Shown here in pieces: positions 26,109 through 39,251 of a stretch of DNA of 64,000 nt. The position numbers were made by a program, and so were the translations under genes. The notes under the pieces are model-generated. The model had not been told where the DNA came from, made no database searches, and saw only the letters and a program-made list of their open reading frames with translations. Numbering within the stretch: position 1 is the first letter of the stretch; each line of letters starts with the position of its first letter. The stretch lies in the NCBI GenBank assembly GCA_004022145.1, contig RCNU01000004.1; one strand, given 5' to 3'. The stretch comes from Paecilomyces variotii (lineage: Eukaryota).

Positions 26109-28007
26109 ATGTCATCCACAGGACTCAAGGCCACAATGTCTCCCAGGATCAAGACAGACCCCAACAGGATGATCTCTCAATCTCTTCAAGCACTTCCCCA
26201 GGGTTCCCGACCCATGCATTCCATGCACGGACTGCCGAGCTTGACATCTACAGCCTCCCAGGATGATGATCTTTCAAGCCAGGATAGGTTTTCCTTGTCT
26301 TCACACATGCAGAGCAACCAGACATCCCATGGAATGGAAGGATGGGCTATGACCTCTTCGGGCTCCATTGATTCCACTGATATGACACCAAGCGAGCCTG
26401 AATCCCCGGAAGTCCAGATGTTGTCTTTTTCCTTGTCACAGCAGTTGATGCCTAGCAGCCACGGCGACTCTGCCAACAGTGGTTCCATGTATTCTTCACT
26501 GTCTGATTTCCAGGCTGTCCAGGATGTGACCGACAACGACATGGATTTCACCCAAGCACAGGATTTTCACCAGTTTTCTTCCATGGTGGACTTTTCCTAT
26601 GACCATGACACGTGCACCTCGAGCGGGACTCAGGGATGCACACCAGACGATGCTGCGTCGGTGGGACATGGCTCCCAGAATGATGACACCCAAATGATGG
26701 CTGCCAGCGATGCTTGGAGTTCTTTGGCCATGGAAACTGGAAGCTTTCATGGATCAACCCTGGACCACCTCTCGTCTCATATCTTCCACCCCGTTCCCGT
26801 CTCTCCCCCTTTGACCGAAGCAAGCAATGATATGTCTGTCACGTCGTCTTGTTCCAATTCTGGTTATTCCTTCCATACCCATGAGGATGCGTTCTTTGGA
26901 GACCTTGCGCCCACCACCATTGGGGGTCAGACGATCAACTTGGGCGATCCGCTCTTCCCTTTGACACCACCATTGAGTGAACAGGATCCCAACAGGTTAG
27001 GCTATATAATCCCCTCTTTTGCGGCAGACGGAGTATTGACAGAATATTCGCAGGACAATTAGACCTTCCAAACAGGCGCAGAGGCCACTACTCTCAGCGG
27101 CTACATCCCGCAACCAGAGGAAATCGGACCCTGAGTTTTATTCTTCCTTGTCTGTTAGAGAGCCTCTTCGCCAGCGGTCCAAGGACGGTTCCGAGATCAG
27201 AGCTCCCCGGGATCATCCATACTATTCTCTGCCAACCCAGGCCGATGGAAAGTACTACTGCCCTTTTGCCACTGGAGACAAGCCTTGTAATCACCCTCCT
27301 ACTACTCAGAAATGCGCTTACCAGTAAATAACCCCTTTCCCTTATGACTTCTCATTCTCGGACGCTGACCAAGTCGCAGTAAATATCTGGACTCTCACTT
27401 GAAGCCATACCGTTGCAAGGTTCCTGCCTGCATGGATGCCCAGTTGCAGTTTTCTTCCAATGCGTGTCTTTTCCGTCACGAGAGAGAAGCCCATGGATTG
27501 CACGGCCACGGAGACAACCCCCATTTGTGCCTGTTTGAAGGATGTGACCGATCTGTCCCTGGATACGGCTTCCCCCGCCGTTGGAATCTCTTTGACCACA
27601 TGAAGAGGGTCCACGATTACACTTCATCCGAGCGCCCCAGCTCTCCAGAGACCGCCCCTGGTGTCCTCAATGCGAAGAAGAAGGATACTGTGCGCAAGAG
27701 GAAGGTCACGGGGCCAACTGCAGCCCAGACAATGAAGCGTACCCGCTCTACTCACTCCCAGGCGAACCCCTTGAAGGCTGCCCATGCTACTGCCCACCTC
27801 GGACAGCGGCTGCAGAATGCGGAGAGGAACTACTATAACTGCCGCTCTCGCTTGCTCGAGGAGATTAGTAACATCACCCCTCAGGATCCAGCCATACACG
27901 AAAAGGTCAATGCCAGCCTCCAGGAACTGATCACCTTGGGTCTGAACTACCGTCACATTGAGGCTAGCCAAGCTGCGACCCAGATGAATGGAAGCGCCTC
28001 AACTTGA
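26109..28007 (+). CDS. nsdC: C2H2 zinc-finger transcription factor, NsdC/Cos1-like (~594 aa, 2 coding introns plus an upstream intron ending at 26086)
   Basis: Ser-rich N-terminus; fingers YYCPFATGDKPCNHPPTTQKCAYHKYLDSH, CKVPAC...FSSNACLFRHEREAH and CLFEGC...GFPRRWNLFDHMKRVH; branch site CTGAC and TAG acceptor just upstream of the ATG. The symbol is from recall. Confidence 0.65.
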
Positions 28008-29119
28008 GGACGTTCAGGATGAGGTTCTTGACACTCGAAGACCTCTTTGGATTTTAACCTCGCCCCCAATTGGGAGATTGACCCACCAGATGTTCCAAGC
28101 TCACGATGCCCAGACATGAGCAGAACAGGTGCGCATGCTGAGCCAGTCCTGGAACACGCTCATGATATGACGCTTGCCTACTCTCGGACCATGACTCTGC
28201 CCAGAAGAGCGGTTCTCGAGATAGGCAACACGACATGACAGCTGTTAGTAGGCAGCTTCTCTATACTGTCTGTGAACTTAGAAACCCAGCTCGAGACTGA
28301 CTGCAGTTGAGGAAGGCGCGGGATTTGCTGCACTGGGAATGTTTATATTTTTCCCACAGCAACGAGGATCAGATGACCTGGGGGTACTGTCTTCTTGCTG
28401 GTAGAGAAGACAGCTGCTGCTTTCAGGGAAAAAAAAAAGAAAGAAAAGTGGATATCGAGGGTAGAAGCCTAGACAGGCTTCACACAACGGGGATAGAAGA
28501 AGAGAAAAAAACAGGCGGAAATTTGTGCAAGCCGACCCTCCAAAGGGCGACTAGATCTTTTAGCAGGCGTTCACAGTTGGTTTTAGTGGATTTGTACTTG
28601 GTGAATTTTGCTGATTTTGTCGTTCTACTGTTTCTTATCTTACGCATTTCGTTCAAGGTTCAGTTTATTGGATTACAGGCGATATCTTAGATTACAATGG
28701 TTCGGTACCGATGTGTATAAGGCTGGTCCTCCAGGGAAGGGGGGAAAAGGGCAAAAAAGCTCCGCAAAGTGAGCGTCTCGGATTAAAGAGGGTTTATGCG
28801 CTCGGGCGGTATTCTTTTCATAAAAAGGATTAGTTATATATGGTTTCAAGGTGTTCAAATTGATACTGTTACATTCATCTCTATATATTCTCGCAAATAT
28901 CTCGTGAACACTTAATTGGTGAGCATGTAGCACTCTTGGTTATAAGATAAAGCGAGGGATAGTTAGTAATGCTTTTAACTAACTGGTAGTCAAATGGAGT
29001 ACGTTATACTTTTTATCTCATGTCGCGTCGTATCACGTCAAGAAAGCCTCACTTCAAACTTGCAGATTGGCCAGCGCCCAGTCGGGGGTCATCTTATGGC
29101 ATAATATGCCGAATATTGC

Positions 29120-30633
29120 TTATGCATTGTCGCCGGAAAACTCTGCATTCAAGAATCTGACAAACGCATCAGGCACTTGATCCATGGTCAAACCGCCACC
29201 GCCTGCCCCGTGGCTCTGCCCGATATACGCCCGATTCAAACCGATCCACTGCCTTCGCAGGCGCTGCAAGCGCGGTAAAGCCAGAATCCCACCCGCACCC
29301 GCCAACTCGTCCGTCGTACCACCGGTAGCGACATGAGCCGGGATGAAGACCGGGAACGAAGCCTCCGGGACAGGGATCGTGATACCGCGACCGTCAGCGC
29401 TCTGAGCGACGGCGGCTTCAGCCGAGGGGGTAGAGAGGGTGAATGTCCGGATGGCATTTATGATGGCTGAGATGCGTTTCTCCAGGGAGTAGAGAGCGGT
29501 AGGGTCGGTTGCGGCCGGTAGGACCGTTGCTTGATGGGGCTTGACTTTGGGTCTGGGGAGACCGTTGCGACTTACCCCTGCGGTAGTCGCTTTTGTGACC
29601 ACGCTAGGGGCATACGAGCGATTATTACTTGACGATGAAGCGGACGCAGAAAGCGCATCCGCGAGAGATGTCGCTTGAGGTGTCGTGTCTGGTTGGGCGA
29701 TCGTAGTGCCTGTGAGAGCGGTCCAGATGTCGTGGACCGGAGGCTCTTTATCGCTCCACGGCACCGTGAAGAGAGGCTTGTCCCATCGGCTGTATGTCGA
29801 GGGCTCCTCGTACCGGAATATCAGGTTATCAAGGAGTTCTGGCGGGTATGGTTCTTCGGTATCTGGTTCTGCCTGGGCTGTGATTCTGTCCGGGGTGTGA
29901 TTTGAGGTCTCGTTCTGGAACCCTTCGTGAGTTTCTGGCGTCTCCTGCGCTTGTCCGTTCCCTTGCTGTTGTTCGCGTTTGCGAAGACGAGCTTGATTGT
30001 TCGCGATACATTGGGCAGCGGGCGTACCCACATGGACCTGTAATGCTCATGAGATGGTTCTATGTTAGCAAAAAAGAAAGCTCTTTTGTTTCTCATCGAG
30101 AATCAATCTCATGTGAACCGTGTCTTCTTCCCTTCCAACGAGGACGGCAACTCGAAAAAAAGAGTAACAACATACCACGCAAGAAGTCGTACTCAAAGCC
30201 TTCGCCTCACACCACAACTGATATCTCCAACCCTTAATATAATTCATCCCATCCACTATAACAATACTATCACGACCCAACGCACGTTTCGTCTTCGCAT
30301 ACACGACTGCACGTGCCTCCTTCTCCGAGCGCGCATTATCGTACACGGTCCGTGGATGCGCTTCATCATGCGACGTCACGACATGGATCTTATAGCGTGG
30401 TTTCGTCTTCGTCGAATCATCTGAACCATCCTCGCTGATCGAGGCGAGGTATTCTTCCTGTATCGCTTCAAGTGATGCGGAAAGTTGTCGGGCACGGTAT
30501 GAGAGGCCGGAGCAAGGGTAGCCGGTTAGGATTATTAGCTGTAGTTTCAAGGAAAGAAAAAATAAGTTTGTTAGCTATAAATCATGGATTGTTGGTGGGG
30601 AAGGGGAATGAATAGAGCCCATCTTACTGGCAT
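29120..30633 (-). CDS. kti12: Elongator-associated protein Kti12 (6-nt first exon, 2 introns)
   Basis: ATGCCA plus an intron gives MPLIILTGYPCSG (P-loop); IVDGMNYIKGWRYQLWCEAKA; LIFRYEEPSTYSRWDKPLF. Confidence 0.93.
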
Positions 30634-31175
30634 GATGAAAGTTTTTTGTGTTGGTTGAGCTTTCACTCGTTTCTTTACTCTTTTTGCTTTTCCCCCTCTC
30701 GTATTATTCGCATCTTGGAAATTTTGAGGAAATCGCGGGGTTTCGGCGGGCACATGTGACTCGGGAAGGCTTTCGGCATGCCGAGCGGTGAATCGGGACC
30801 CCGCATGGAGGAGCATCCGAGGGAGTTCTACGACCTGTCAATGGGCTTTGAGTGGTTGGATCGGGAATTGCACCTTTTAAGAGGGAATTATGATATATGA
30901 GCCTTTTTATACACTGCCTTGGGAATTACATTGGGTATACTTGAAAGTTAACTTCTCACTACAACTTGGTAAAACTAGACAACAGAATCCTGGCCCACAG
31001 ATTATTCCATGAAGCAAGGAAGACTCCAAGCCGGTGTTATATATATTTTGCGTCTCTTGCGGATGCTTCTATATAATGAAAGGTCTATTGTGAATGTCAT
31101 GAGTCTGTGTCGTGAACGTAACTTTTCAGCATTGCATCATGCATGAATGCCCTAAACGCCTCTCTTAAATGACTT

Positions 31176-32120
31176 TTATAGTTGGTCTTCGGCCCATCTG
31201 ATTTCATATCCGAAAACAGTCCGTCTCAGCTTCTCATCCTGTGACATTGTTAGCATGCAATTGATATTCCTCTCTGCACGACTTGGCAAACATACACCTG
31301 GGTCATTCTCAAACAAGACTTTGTCCATCAATTTCTCAAATATCTTTGTGACCGTAAAGCCGTTCTCCTCTGCCAGCGGGAAGAATTTCTCCGTCTTTGG
31401 AAGCAGCCATGGCTGATAAGGCGTGAAGATCACCAGTGCCACCGCCTCTTTCGTCTTCTTCAGCGTCTGCTGCATGGTCTTGACGAGATTGGGATGCTCC
31501 CGATGGCTGTACACCACATCCGCCATGATGAGCACATCGAAGGCCTTCGAACCCTCTGGCAGGTATGAAAGCAGTTCATCAACAGGGTTGCCCCATTTGT
31601 ATCCGGTGACGTGCAGGGAGGATTGGCTTGGTATGAGCGACGCGGAGGACGAAGCATTCTGGCGCATGTTATCGACGAGGTCTGGGTCCGGATAGTCCGT
31701 CATGACTACAGTGCGCGCGCCTTTGATGGCGCAGACGATACTGGGTACACCTGCAGCGGCTCCGATCTCCAGCACATCCTTGCCCTCGATCAGTTCGTTG
31801 GCTCTCTCTTCTAGATAGTCTGCGCTGGTCCGGCCCGCGTTCCATAGCAGATCCCCCTCCAAGGCTGTCAGTTCGAAAATCACATAACAATAGACAATTG
31901 CTACTACAGGGAGTGCGAGGAAACAGTCAAAAGGTCATTCGATTCGTACGTATAATGGATGGCTGCCGACCAGGCGCACACGCACGGTCTGGCCGGAGAG
32001 CATTTTGTGCTCAGCATAAGTGGGCTCCTTCTCGGGCGGGTAGAAGCCCTCTGGGACGTCGAAGAGGCCGCCAGCATCGAGGCCATCCTGGAGTGCATCG
32101 TCCTCCCTGTCTGAGGCCAT
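31176..32120 (-). CDS. efm7: Protein N-terminal/lysine methyltransferase Efm7/Nnt1 (2 introns)
   Basis: RLVGSHPLY-GDLLWNAG, VLEIGAAAGVPS, VVMTDYPD, LIMADVVYSH, FENDPG-DEKLRRTVFGY. Confidence 0.9.
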
Positions 32121-32984
32121 GGCGACTGTCGAGGAAGCTGCGACAAGCAAAAAGCGCGACAAGATAATAATATAATATAATTAATTATGGCCCGAAAAGG
32201 AAATCGAATTCTCCCGCGGGGCAGGCCGCAAGGAGACTAGCGCAGGTGTCAAAGGAGAAACTCGGGATGACGATCTGCACGTGATGCCGCTGACCGAGGC
32301 TTCCCCGACCACCGCGCATACCGTACTGTTACCGATCTTACGCCTGTTATCCGCAGCAATCCCCGTGGGGGCCGAGCCGAGATACAGACAGAATACACAG
32401 CCGGGTATTTGTCGGCGGTTCGCTGTTCCCTTCGTCCCGTGCTCCATCATGTCTCTTGCTCTTCTTCTCCACCTTTTTCCTCCAGATTTCCCCAGCGCAG
32501 TTCTGTCTTTTCTTGAAGCAGTCCAGTCCTGTCTGAATTGAATCCTCGGGACGAGGATTCTTGTTCCTTTTCGTCGTTCTTCAGCATCCGGTCGACTGTG
32601 CAAAGGCTCCCTTATCCCGGCATATTTACGTCCTGGACGTCATTCCGCCTTGACATCGGAAACCCCCCACGCCTATCATCTCCTACTGTCCTCTCTCTCC
32701 TGATCTCGGTCATCTATCTCCCCACAGTGGCCATCGTCCATCTGCTTTCAGTATCTTCCTGTTTCCCGAGCCGCATCGGAACTCGTCACCACTGTCCAGC
32801 CCTCAGCGAACGATACTTCGCTTCATAGATTATTCTCACAGCCAGGATAGGTCTCTGGCCCTTGCGGCTCTCCAGGTTCCGCAAGGTCGTCTTACCCCCA
32901 CAAGGCTGGTCAATCTTGCGTGACCTTGCAGAAGCCGGCCTATATTTATTTAGTCTACCGTCCGGACATCCACGCCTACACTTC

Positions 32985-33434
32985 ATGGACCGCAACTTGA
33001 GAACTCCTTACAATCTCCGTTCCTCTAATCATCCTGCTGCCCACACTGCCGCCGCCATGGCCTCGTTCGTTCCGTCTACCTCCACCAGCAGTGATCGTCT
33101 TACTGCTGCAACTTCGGCCTCCGTGATGTCACAGCCCTTCTCCAGTATGAGTGCTCGTAAACAATCAACGACGGTACCCTCGCCGTCAGGCAACGAGACA
33201 TCGATCTTTTGGGGCCAGTCACAGTCGCAGACAACGAATTCGCAGACTCTTCATGGCATGCAGCCTTCTGCCAGCCAGCATCATGCCCCCAGCTCAGTGC
33301 CAGCTCAGCCCTCTGAGCGCGCAGGTGCTGCTGCCACCGCACCGTTCCTGAGAGATTTTACTCTTGTTGCAGAAGCTGCAAAGCGGGCTCAGATGGCTGT
33401 GGTCATGCGCGACCTAGAAGGCATTTCTTTATAA
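32985..33434 (+). CDS. Small Ser/Gln-rich conserved fungal hypothetical protein (~149 aa)
   Basis: ATG at 32985; low-complexity body ending in the helical motif APFLRDFTLVAEAAKRAQMAVVMRDLEGISL, which I recall as conserved in Pezizomycotina hypothetical proteins. Confidence 0.7.
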   Translation: MDRNLRTPYNLRSSNHPAAHTAAAMASFVPSTSTSSDRLTAATSASVMSQPFSSMSARKQSTTVPSPSGNETSIFWGQSQSQTTNSQTLHGMQPSASQHHAPSSVPAQPSERAGAAATAPFLRDFTLVAEAAKRAQMAVVMRDLEGISL

Positions 33435-34662
33435 TGGAGCGGACCTCGTGTGGAATTTTCTTTCTTTCCTGGCGTTTTGGGGCTTACACGGCGTGATCAG
33501 CTTTCGACACCACTCACGCGAAGACATGACGATGACGGATCCTGCAGTATATTGCTGTAGAGGATTTCCTTACGATTAATTCGGGCTATTATCCTTTCGG
33601 CAGTCTCTTGTCTCTGACATAGACAATTCCTTTTTAACTCATAAAAAAGGTGGCATGCGTGTTGATGCGGCGTCGTCCGTTGACTTCGGGCTTCGGTTGT
33701 CCTTCCTTGTCTCTGGCCTATCGACGGACTTTTTTTCATTTTTGTTTCCTTGCGATGCCTCTCAACTCTGTCATATATTGATACCTTTTTTTTCTTGTAC
33801 CATTTCCGTTTGGAAATATCCCCTGTTCTTGAGACATCGCCTATTATCTCTCTTTCTATGCACGCCTTACTCAGAACATCGAAGTTCAGCCATGTGAGCT
33901 ACTGGTAGATGGGATCAATTTGCTCTACAGATGATAGTGGCAGCCTGGAAGAGTGTCGTGCTTAATGCAAAAGCTTCATGCGAGAGACGTTCCAAGATAG
34001 AAGGTCATTGTGTTTCTACCCGGAAACAACGCAATTGGCCAAGATAATTACAAATCCTGATCCATCTAACCTTAAACAGGTTCTACGACAACAGTCGATC
34101 CATCCAGCACATTCCATATTATTACTTCACCAAAACATGTAAACATGTAAACAGGTCGACAGGTCCAGGCAAGAAAAAGCACATTACGTAATGCCTACAC
34201 TTCTGAACCCTTTATCTTGAGCCAATTCCCGAGGTTATTCTTCATGAGCGGATGAGAGATTACCAGTATGGAGGTCAATTAAACTCTATCTACCCAGAAA
34301 AAATAAATAAGGTTACGCCCGCTCTAACTAGAAGACGGCATTGATCGTCGTTTAAAATCCCCCCTGACGTCAAATCGGGAGATATCACGTATTCATTATG
34401 GAAGAAGAGAAAGAGGAGCAGAGAAGTACGGTCAAAAGTAATTTGACATTCCCTTGGGCAAATATGGTGATGGGAGTCTGTTATTCAATGTTTTTTTCTC
34501 CGTCTGCGATGTTCTTTTTCTTTCTTTCTTTCTTTCTTCCCGGAGGAATGCGGGATTCTCTAATGGACTGTACATTGAGCATCACATGTGTTAAGCATCG
34601 GGAGGCGAATCCGCTCATCTTTTTCTTAAATAGCTTTTTTCCAATAGTCTAGACTAGGAAGG

Positions 34663-34780
34663 CCAGACCAGACCAGACCAAACCAAACAGAAACCATGTG
34701 AAGAGGGTGCACCATATTATGGTATATTAACTATCGTCCCTGCTGGTGATATCAATGTACTATACTATACTATACTATAC
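34663..34780. repeat. Short tandem repeats (CCAGA/CCAAA)n at 34663-34688 and (TATAC)4+ at 34758-34780
   Basis: Read directly in AT-rich intergenic DNA. Confidence 0.75.
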
Positions 34781-35453
34781 ATAGGTATATCCATATGAAA
34801 GAGATAAAATATAGAAAACCAAACTTATCCGAAAACGTCAAAAAACAAAATATATACTTCTCATTAAATTAAATCCGGAAAAGGAAAAGAATTGACCGAA
34901 AATTGCCAATCCGGGTCTTCCCGAGAATTGGTATTTGCTGTCGAATGAATGTACAGGTAGGGGCACGATAGATAGATAAGCAAGTTGACGGGGGAAAAAA
35001 AAATCGAATGATGAAATAGGAAAGCTTGATTGATAGTCCCCGGTGGAGATTATACTAGACTAATGGCGAAATTGAAAATGTCCATCTTAGTTGGTTATGT
35101 AGGTAGGTAGGTGGGTGGGTATGTAGGTGTATTTCTTGTTTCGCTGGCTTTGGGGTCTTCTTTTTTGCTTTTTTCTCGGCGTGCTCGACGAGGATATGTC
35201 ATGCGAGGAGGAAGATGGAGATCAGGATCTCGAAGTGAATGGACGAGATTGCGTAGGACTGTCAGCATCCAGAGATCGGCGCTGAAGGAGAGTGCGTCCA
35301 TCGAGGATTGATTTTGTCATGGTCACCTTTTTCGAAGATCGGGAATAATTTAACTATTGGTAGGCGTCTGAGACATTGGTGGTAGTGCGTCTATAATCCG
35401 GAAGTTATCATGGCCGGACGCATTGACACTCACAGGTAGGTAGGTATATCTAT

Positions 35454-36020
35454 CTAGTCGAAAAAATCATCGTGGTCGGAGAGAGATGTCTCGTCGGAAT
35501 TACACGACTCTGCAGAATAGAAAGGAGATGATAGCAGAGATTGCGATTGCGATTGCACGTCATCACTACATGCTTCCATCACCATCACCATCTCCTCCTG
35601 CTGTTTCTGTCGCTGTCGCTGCTGCTCCCTAATCCACTTCCGAGTCCGATTGACTTTCCAATCCGACACATCTCTATACCTACCCATGAGTAAAGAGTGA
35701 CCTGTAGCGAAACACCAATCGGGACAATAGGATGTCGTGCGGAATGGATGTTTTCGTTGATGTTGTTGTTTAATGAGTCTCGTGACCGGCTTGAAGTAAT
35801 CTTGTGGAGTGAGGGATGGGTATTCGAAGGGATTCAGTATCGGACGGTATTTGCTTTTGGCGAGTGGTTTAGTCAAGATTGTGATTGGTCTGTCTTTGAC
35901 GGATGGCGTTTGTGGTTTCGAAACTCTTGGGTAGGGTGAGTTGTAGGTCGGAAAGGAGAAGTATAATTGGGATCTCAGGTGAGTGATTGCTATATAGAGT
36001 AAGTTTCGGGGAGCAGTCAT
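35454..36020 (-). CDS. Hypothetical protein (188 aa)
   Basis: Single ATG-started ORF with Gln- and Ser-rich stretches and an acidic tail; no recognised domain. Confidence 0.45.
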   Translation of the reverse strand: MTAPRNLLYIAITHLRSQLYFSFPTYNSPYPRVSKPQTPSVKDRPITILTKPLAKSKYRPILNPFEYPSLTPQDYFKPVTRLIKQQHQRKHPFRTTSYCPDWCFATGHSLLMGRYRDVSDWKVNRTRKWIREQQRQRQKQQEEMVMVMEACSDDVQSQSQSLLSSPFYSAESCNSDETSLSDHDDFFD

Positions 36021-36694
36021 AGTTAATGATTATTATCAAGGAGAGGGATAGGAATTGCCCATGCGGGAAATAGAATTGGAGTATATAGTTGTGTGTTGTG
36101 GGTGAGGTTCAATAGATTTCTTCGAATCTGGAGTTATTATATGCGAATCGAATCCTCTTGTAAGTACTTCCAGTCACAAAGACATTCTTTCTTTGGAGTC
36201 CGGGGTCTATCGGTAATCGACGGAGCTTTCCTGCGATAAATTTGAGCGACTTTCCGGGGAGCTGAAGACGGGTCTTTGTAATCTCAATAAAGTCAGAAAG
36301 AGAAAGTAGTCTTTCATTATCAATTAAAATAGGCTATGGATATAACCCATATAACCAAGAAATATGTACAATGCGGTGATCAAAGAGCGCAAAAAGAGTC
36401 AAAAAAAAGAAAAACATGTGACAACTCTGCTCGGTCGCTATTTCATTGTTGATTCAGTAAAGGAATGCCGTAGAAGAGAGAAACAGAATTAGGCAGGATG
36501 ATCCAGCACCTACCGACAAAACGCTGTAAAATCAAGCCAAAAGATGCGAATAATGCGAACGCTTGGAAACCGTAAAAGGAGCGGAATATGTCTTCGAGCT
36601 TAGGTGTATGACCACGGGACCTGAGTTTGTCGAGGCTGTCGTTACTCTGTTCCACTTTGCATGGATCGTTTCATTATAAGACATGTCTTCAGTC

Positions 36695-36719
36695 AGATGA
36701 GATGAGATGAGATGAGATG
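36695..36719. repeat. (AGATG)5 microsatellite
   Basis: agatg repeated five times, read directly. Confidence 0.85.
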
Positions 36720-36950
36720 TTCCGTCCACCACTCTCTTTGCCTTTTCTCTTTTCTTGTGTTTTCTTGATTAATCCTAGTTTCTTTCTCCTCCGCCCTCGA
36801 GACTTCCCGGTATGCGAAATCAATGTACACAAAACGCTATGCAATGCGAACCGCCTTTTTGGTGAGATATGAAATGAATGTGTGGGTATCAAGAATTAAT
36901 GATAGTTCTTTTTTAAGATTTTTCCGGGCACTCCGCCCAAGTTGGGATGC

Positions 36951-37538
36951 TCAGATTCTTCCAGCCAACTCAGGGTCTGTTGCGGTCCTCTTCTTGAACG
37001 ATAGCCAACGTCTCTTGTCGGGCCGGGAAGATGAAGTAGAAGAGCGAAAGGAGGATAGTCTGCTCTGTATCCTTCTCAGAGAAGGGGGACCGGATTCCTG
37101 AGAACCATGGGAAGAAGAGAGCATATCGAAAGAGAGCACAGATGGCCGTCTAGCCAGGGATCTCGAAGGAGGTGACGGTTCGGTAGGAGTCGCTTGGAGC
37201 TCGATCACTGATGCAGCTTTCTTGACTGGGGACCCGGGGATTCGCGGCAATGGTAGTTTCTCCTGACTTCCCTCCTCAAATGCGTACATTGAAAGCCTGC
37301 TAAAGAGTTTCGGTGGTTTTTGGTCGATAATCGACGGCGGCCGCTGCTTGAGGCCATAGACCTTCAAGGGAGTCGAGTCAGGAATGTCTGCATTCAGCGG
37401 AGTGGAGTAGTAGCGGCTTGGAGAGGGACATTTTTGACTATTCGAGCTGGTGTCGCTGGCAGGGGGTTGCGGCAGAGGCGCATCTTCGTAGACCTCGATG
37501 TATATATGGTTGTCCGAGACCGAATGGGAAAGCATCAT
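36951..37538 (-). CDS. Ser/Pro-rich hypothetical protein (~195 aa)
   Basis: ATG at 37538 (MMLSHSVSDNHIYIEVYEDAP...); composition typical of disordered fungal proteins; no domain recognised. Confidence 0.55.
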   Translation of the reverse strand: MMLSHSVSDNHIYIEVYEDAPLPQPPASDTSSNSQKCPSPSRYYSTPLNADIPDSTPLKVYGLKQRPPSIIDQKPPKLFSRLSMYAFEEGSQEKLPLPRIPGSPVKKAASVIELQATPTEPSPPSRSLARRPSVLSFDMLSSSHGSQESGPPSLRRIQSRLSSFRSSTSSSRPDKRRWLSFKKRTATDPELAGRI

Positions 37539-39251
37539 GGGTGTATCCTTGTCAGATAACAACAATCGACCAGATAGGCAGATAAATAAATGAATAGATA
37601 GATCGATAGAACGAGCGACAGAAAGAGATAAGGATCAAAATTTAGGAGAAAGACCAAGCGCGCTGTGATGTCAACGGGGTCGACTATGGCATAAGATTGG
37701 GATCGACAGCGCTGAAAACTAAGGGGTTCAAAGCTTCGACAAGAGCTAAGGCTTTAATATGACCGACTCTCAATGCCGCGCATATTTTTTTTATGATGTT
37801 CAGAATGCTGGCAAGAGCACGACAGATTTTGGCTCTGTTGACGACCTACTAAACGAACCGTTCCCCCAAAGTCGGATATCGGGAACGAGTAGGGCTTCTT
37901 CGGATGACGCGGCTGTCAAGGGCGACCGCTGAGATTTCGAGAACGCACGAACTGCTCCGCTCAAGCCTCATAGTGTTCCACCGTTGAGACTTCACTAAGC
38001 TTCTTAGCTGCGCTCTGTTTCAGGCCCGAGCTCGGTTCAGTCGGAGTTTTCTGCGTGGTTTTGTTGTGGCCGTCGTCCACACAAACCAGAGGCGGCTATT
38101 CTTGGTATACCATATTACTCTGCCATACATCTCTCCGCGTCAGCGCTGATGAACGAGGCGCAGTGCATTCGTCTGTTGTCTTCTTCCTGTCTCTCTCTCT
38201 CGCGGATGGTTGTCTCTGGAAAAGAGATGTCCAAACTCCAGACAGTTTAGAAGTACCGATCAGATTTGGTTCCTAGATCAGAAATAGTATGGGGCTCCCG
38301 GCAGTCAATAGGTGCTGATCTTTTCGCCACGAGGATCGTTCCGCTGCCCTCCGCGAATAGTATCTTCAATCCCCTGCTTGGCAATTGACAGGAACAACAT
38401 CCTAAGCTGTCCGGGGAATAATTTGTACGGAGTCAATGATGATCCTCCCTGTAGAAGATACGGAATAAATGTTATCCCCATCCAAGAGTCTGGAGAAGTG
38501 CGAGACCTGTCAACATTGCAACAATTTTCTGTTAGCGTCGGCCCTTTGGAAGACCGCCGAAAGAGACATACCATAACTCGAGATCAGAACACCCCACATT
38601 ATTGTCTCTCACCGAGTCACCGCATGCTAGGGTCCAGTCAGAATTATTCCATCTACGAATAATGTGTTTTAATCGAGCCACGGCTTCAAGTACTCTACCA
38701 TACCATAGATGGTCGAACTTTGCCACCTCCTGCAGACGGAACATCCTGGCCCTGCAGAAACCCTATAGGCAAGGTTCCGAAGGATCCGCTATCTGATCGC
38801 GGCGGACTAAACTGGACCGTTAGTCCATATCAAAACTCATAGCAATAATGCAGAAGGTCTCACAGTGCATAACAATAATCATAGAGTTTATAAACACCGC
38901 ACTCGCAATGCTTCCCAAATAAAGATCGGGCAAGCCTGTCGAGAGCAAGTATGACAACTGCGTCTGCAGTGATAATGAGGTTAGTCAAGGGCCAAAACAA
39001 AATGCATTGTACAACTGGCACGTCACAGAAACATCTAACAATAAAGTAACAGTAAATTCCAAGTTCAAAAATAGCGTTCGATCCTATCTATCAACTTATA
39101 TCACACATAATGTATGAACACGGACCTGACAACAGGGGGTATCGTTTTCAATATAGGAAAGTTCCTGGCAATGCCACGGGCGCCTAAAAAGTACAGTACA
39201 AACCGTAAGTCATGACGCATTCAGTGCCGCATTGGGAGTCGTATATTCATA

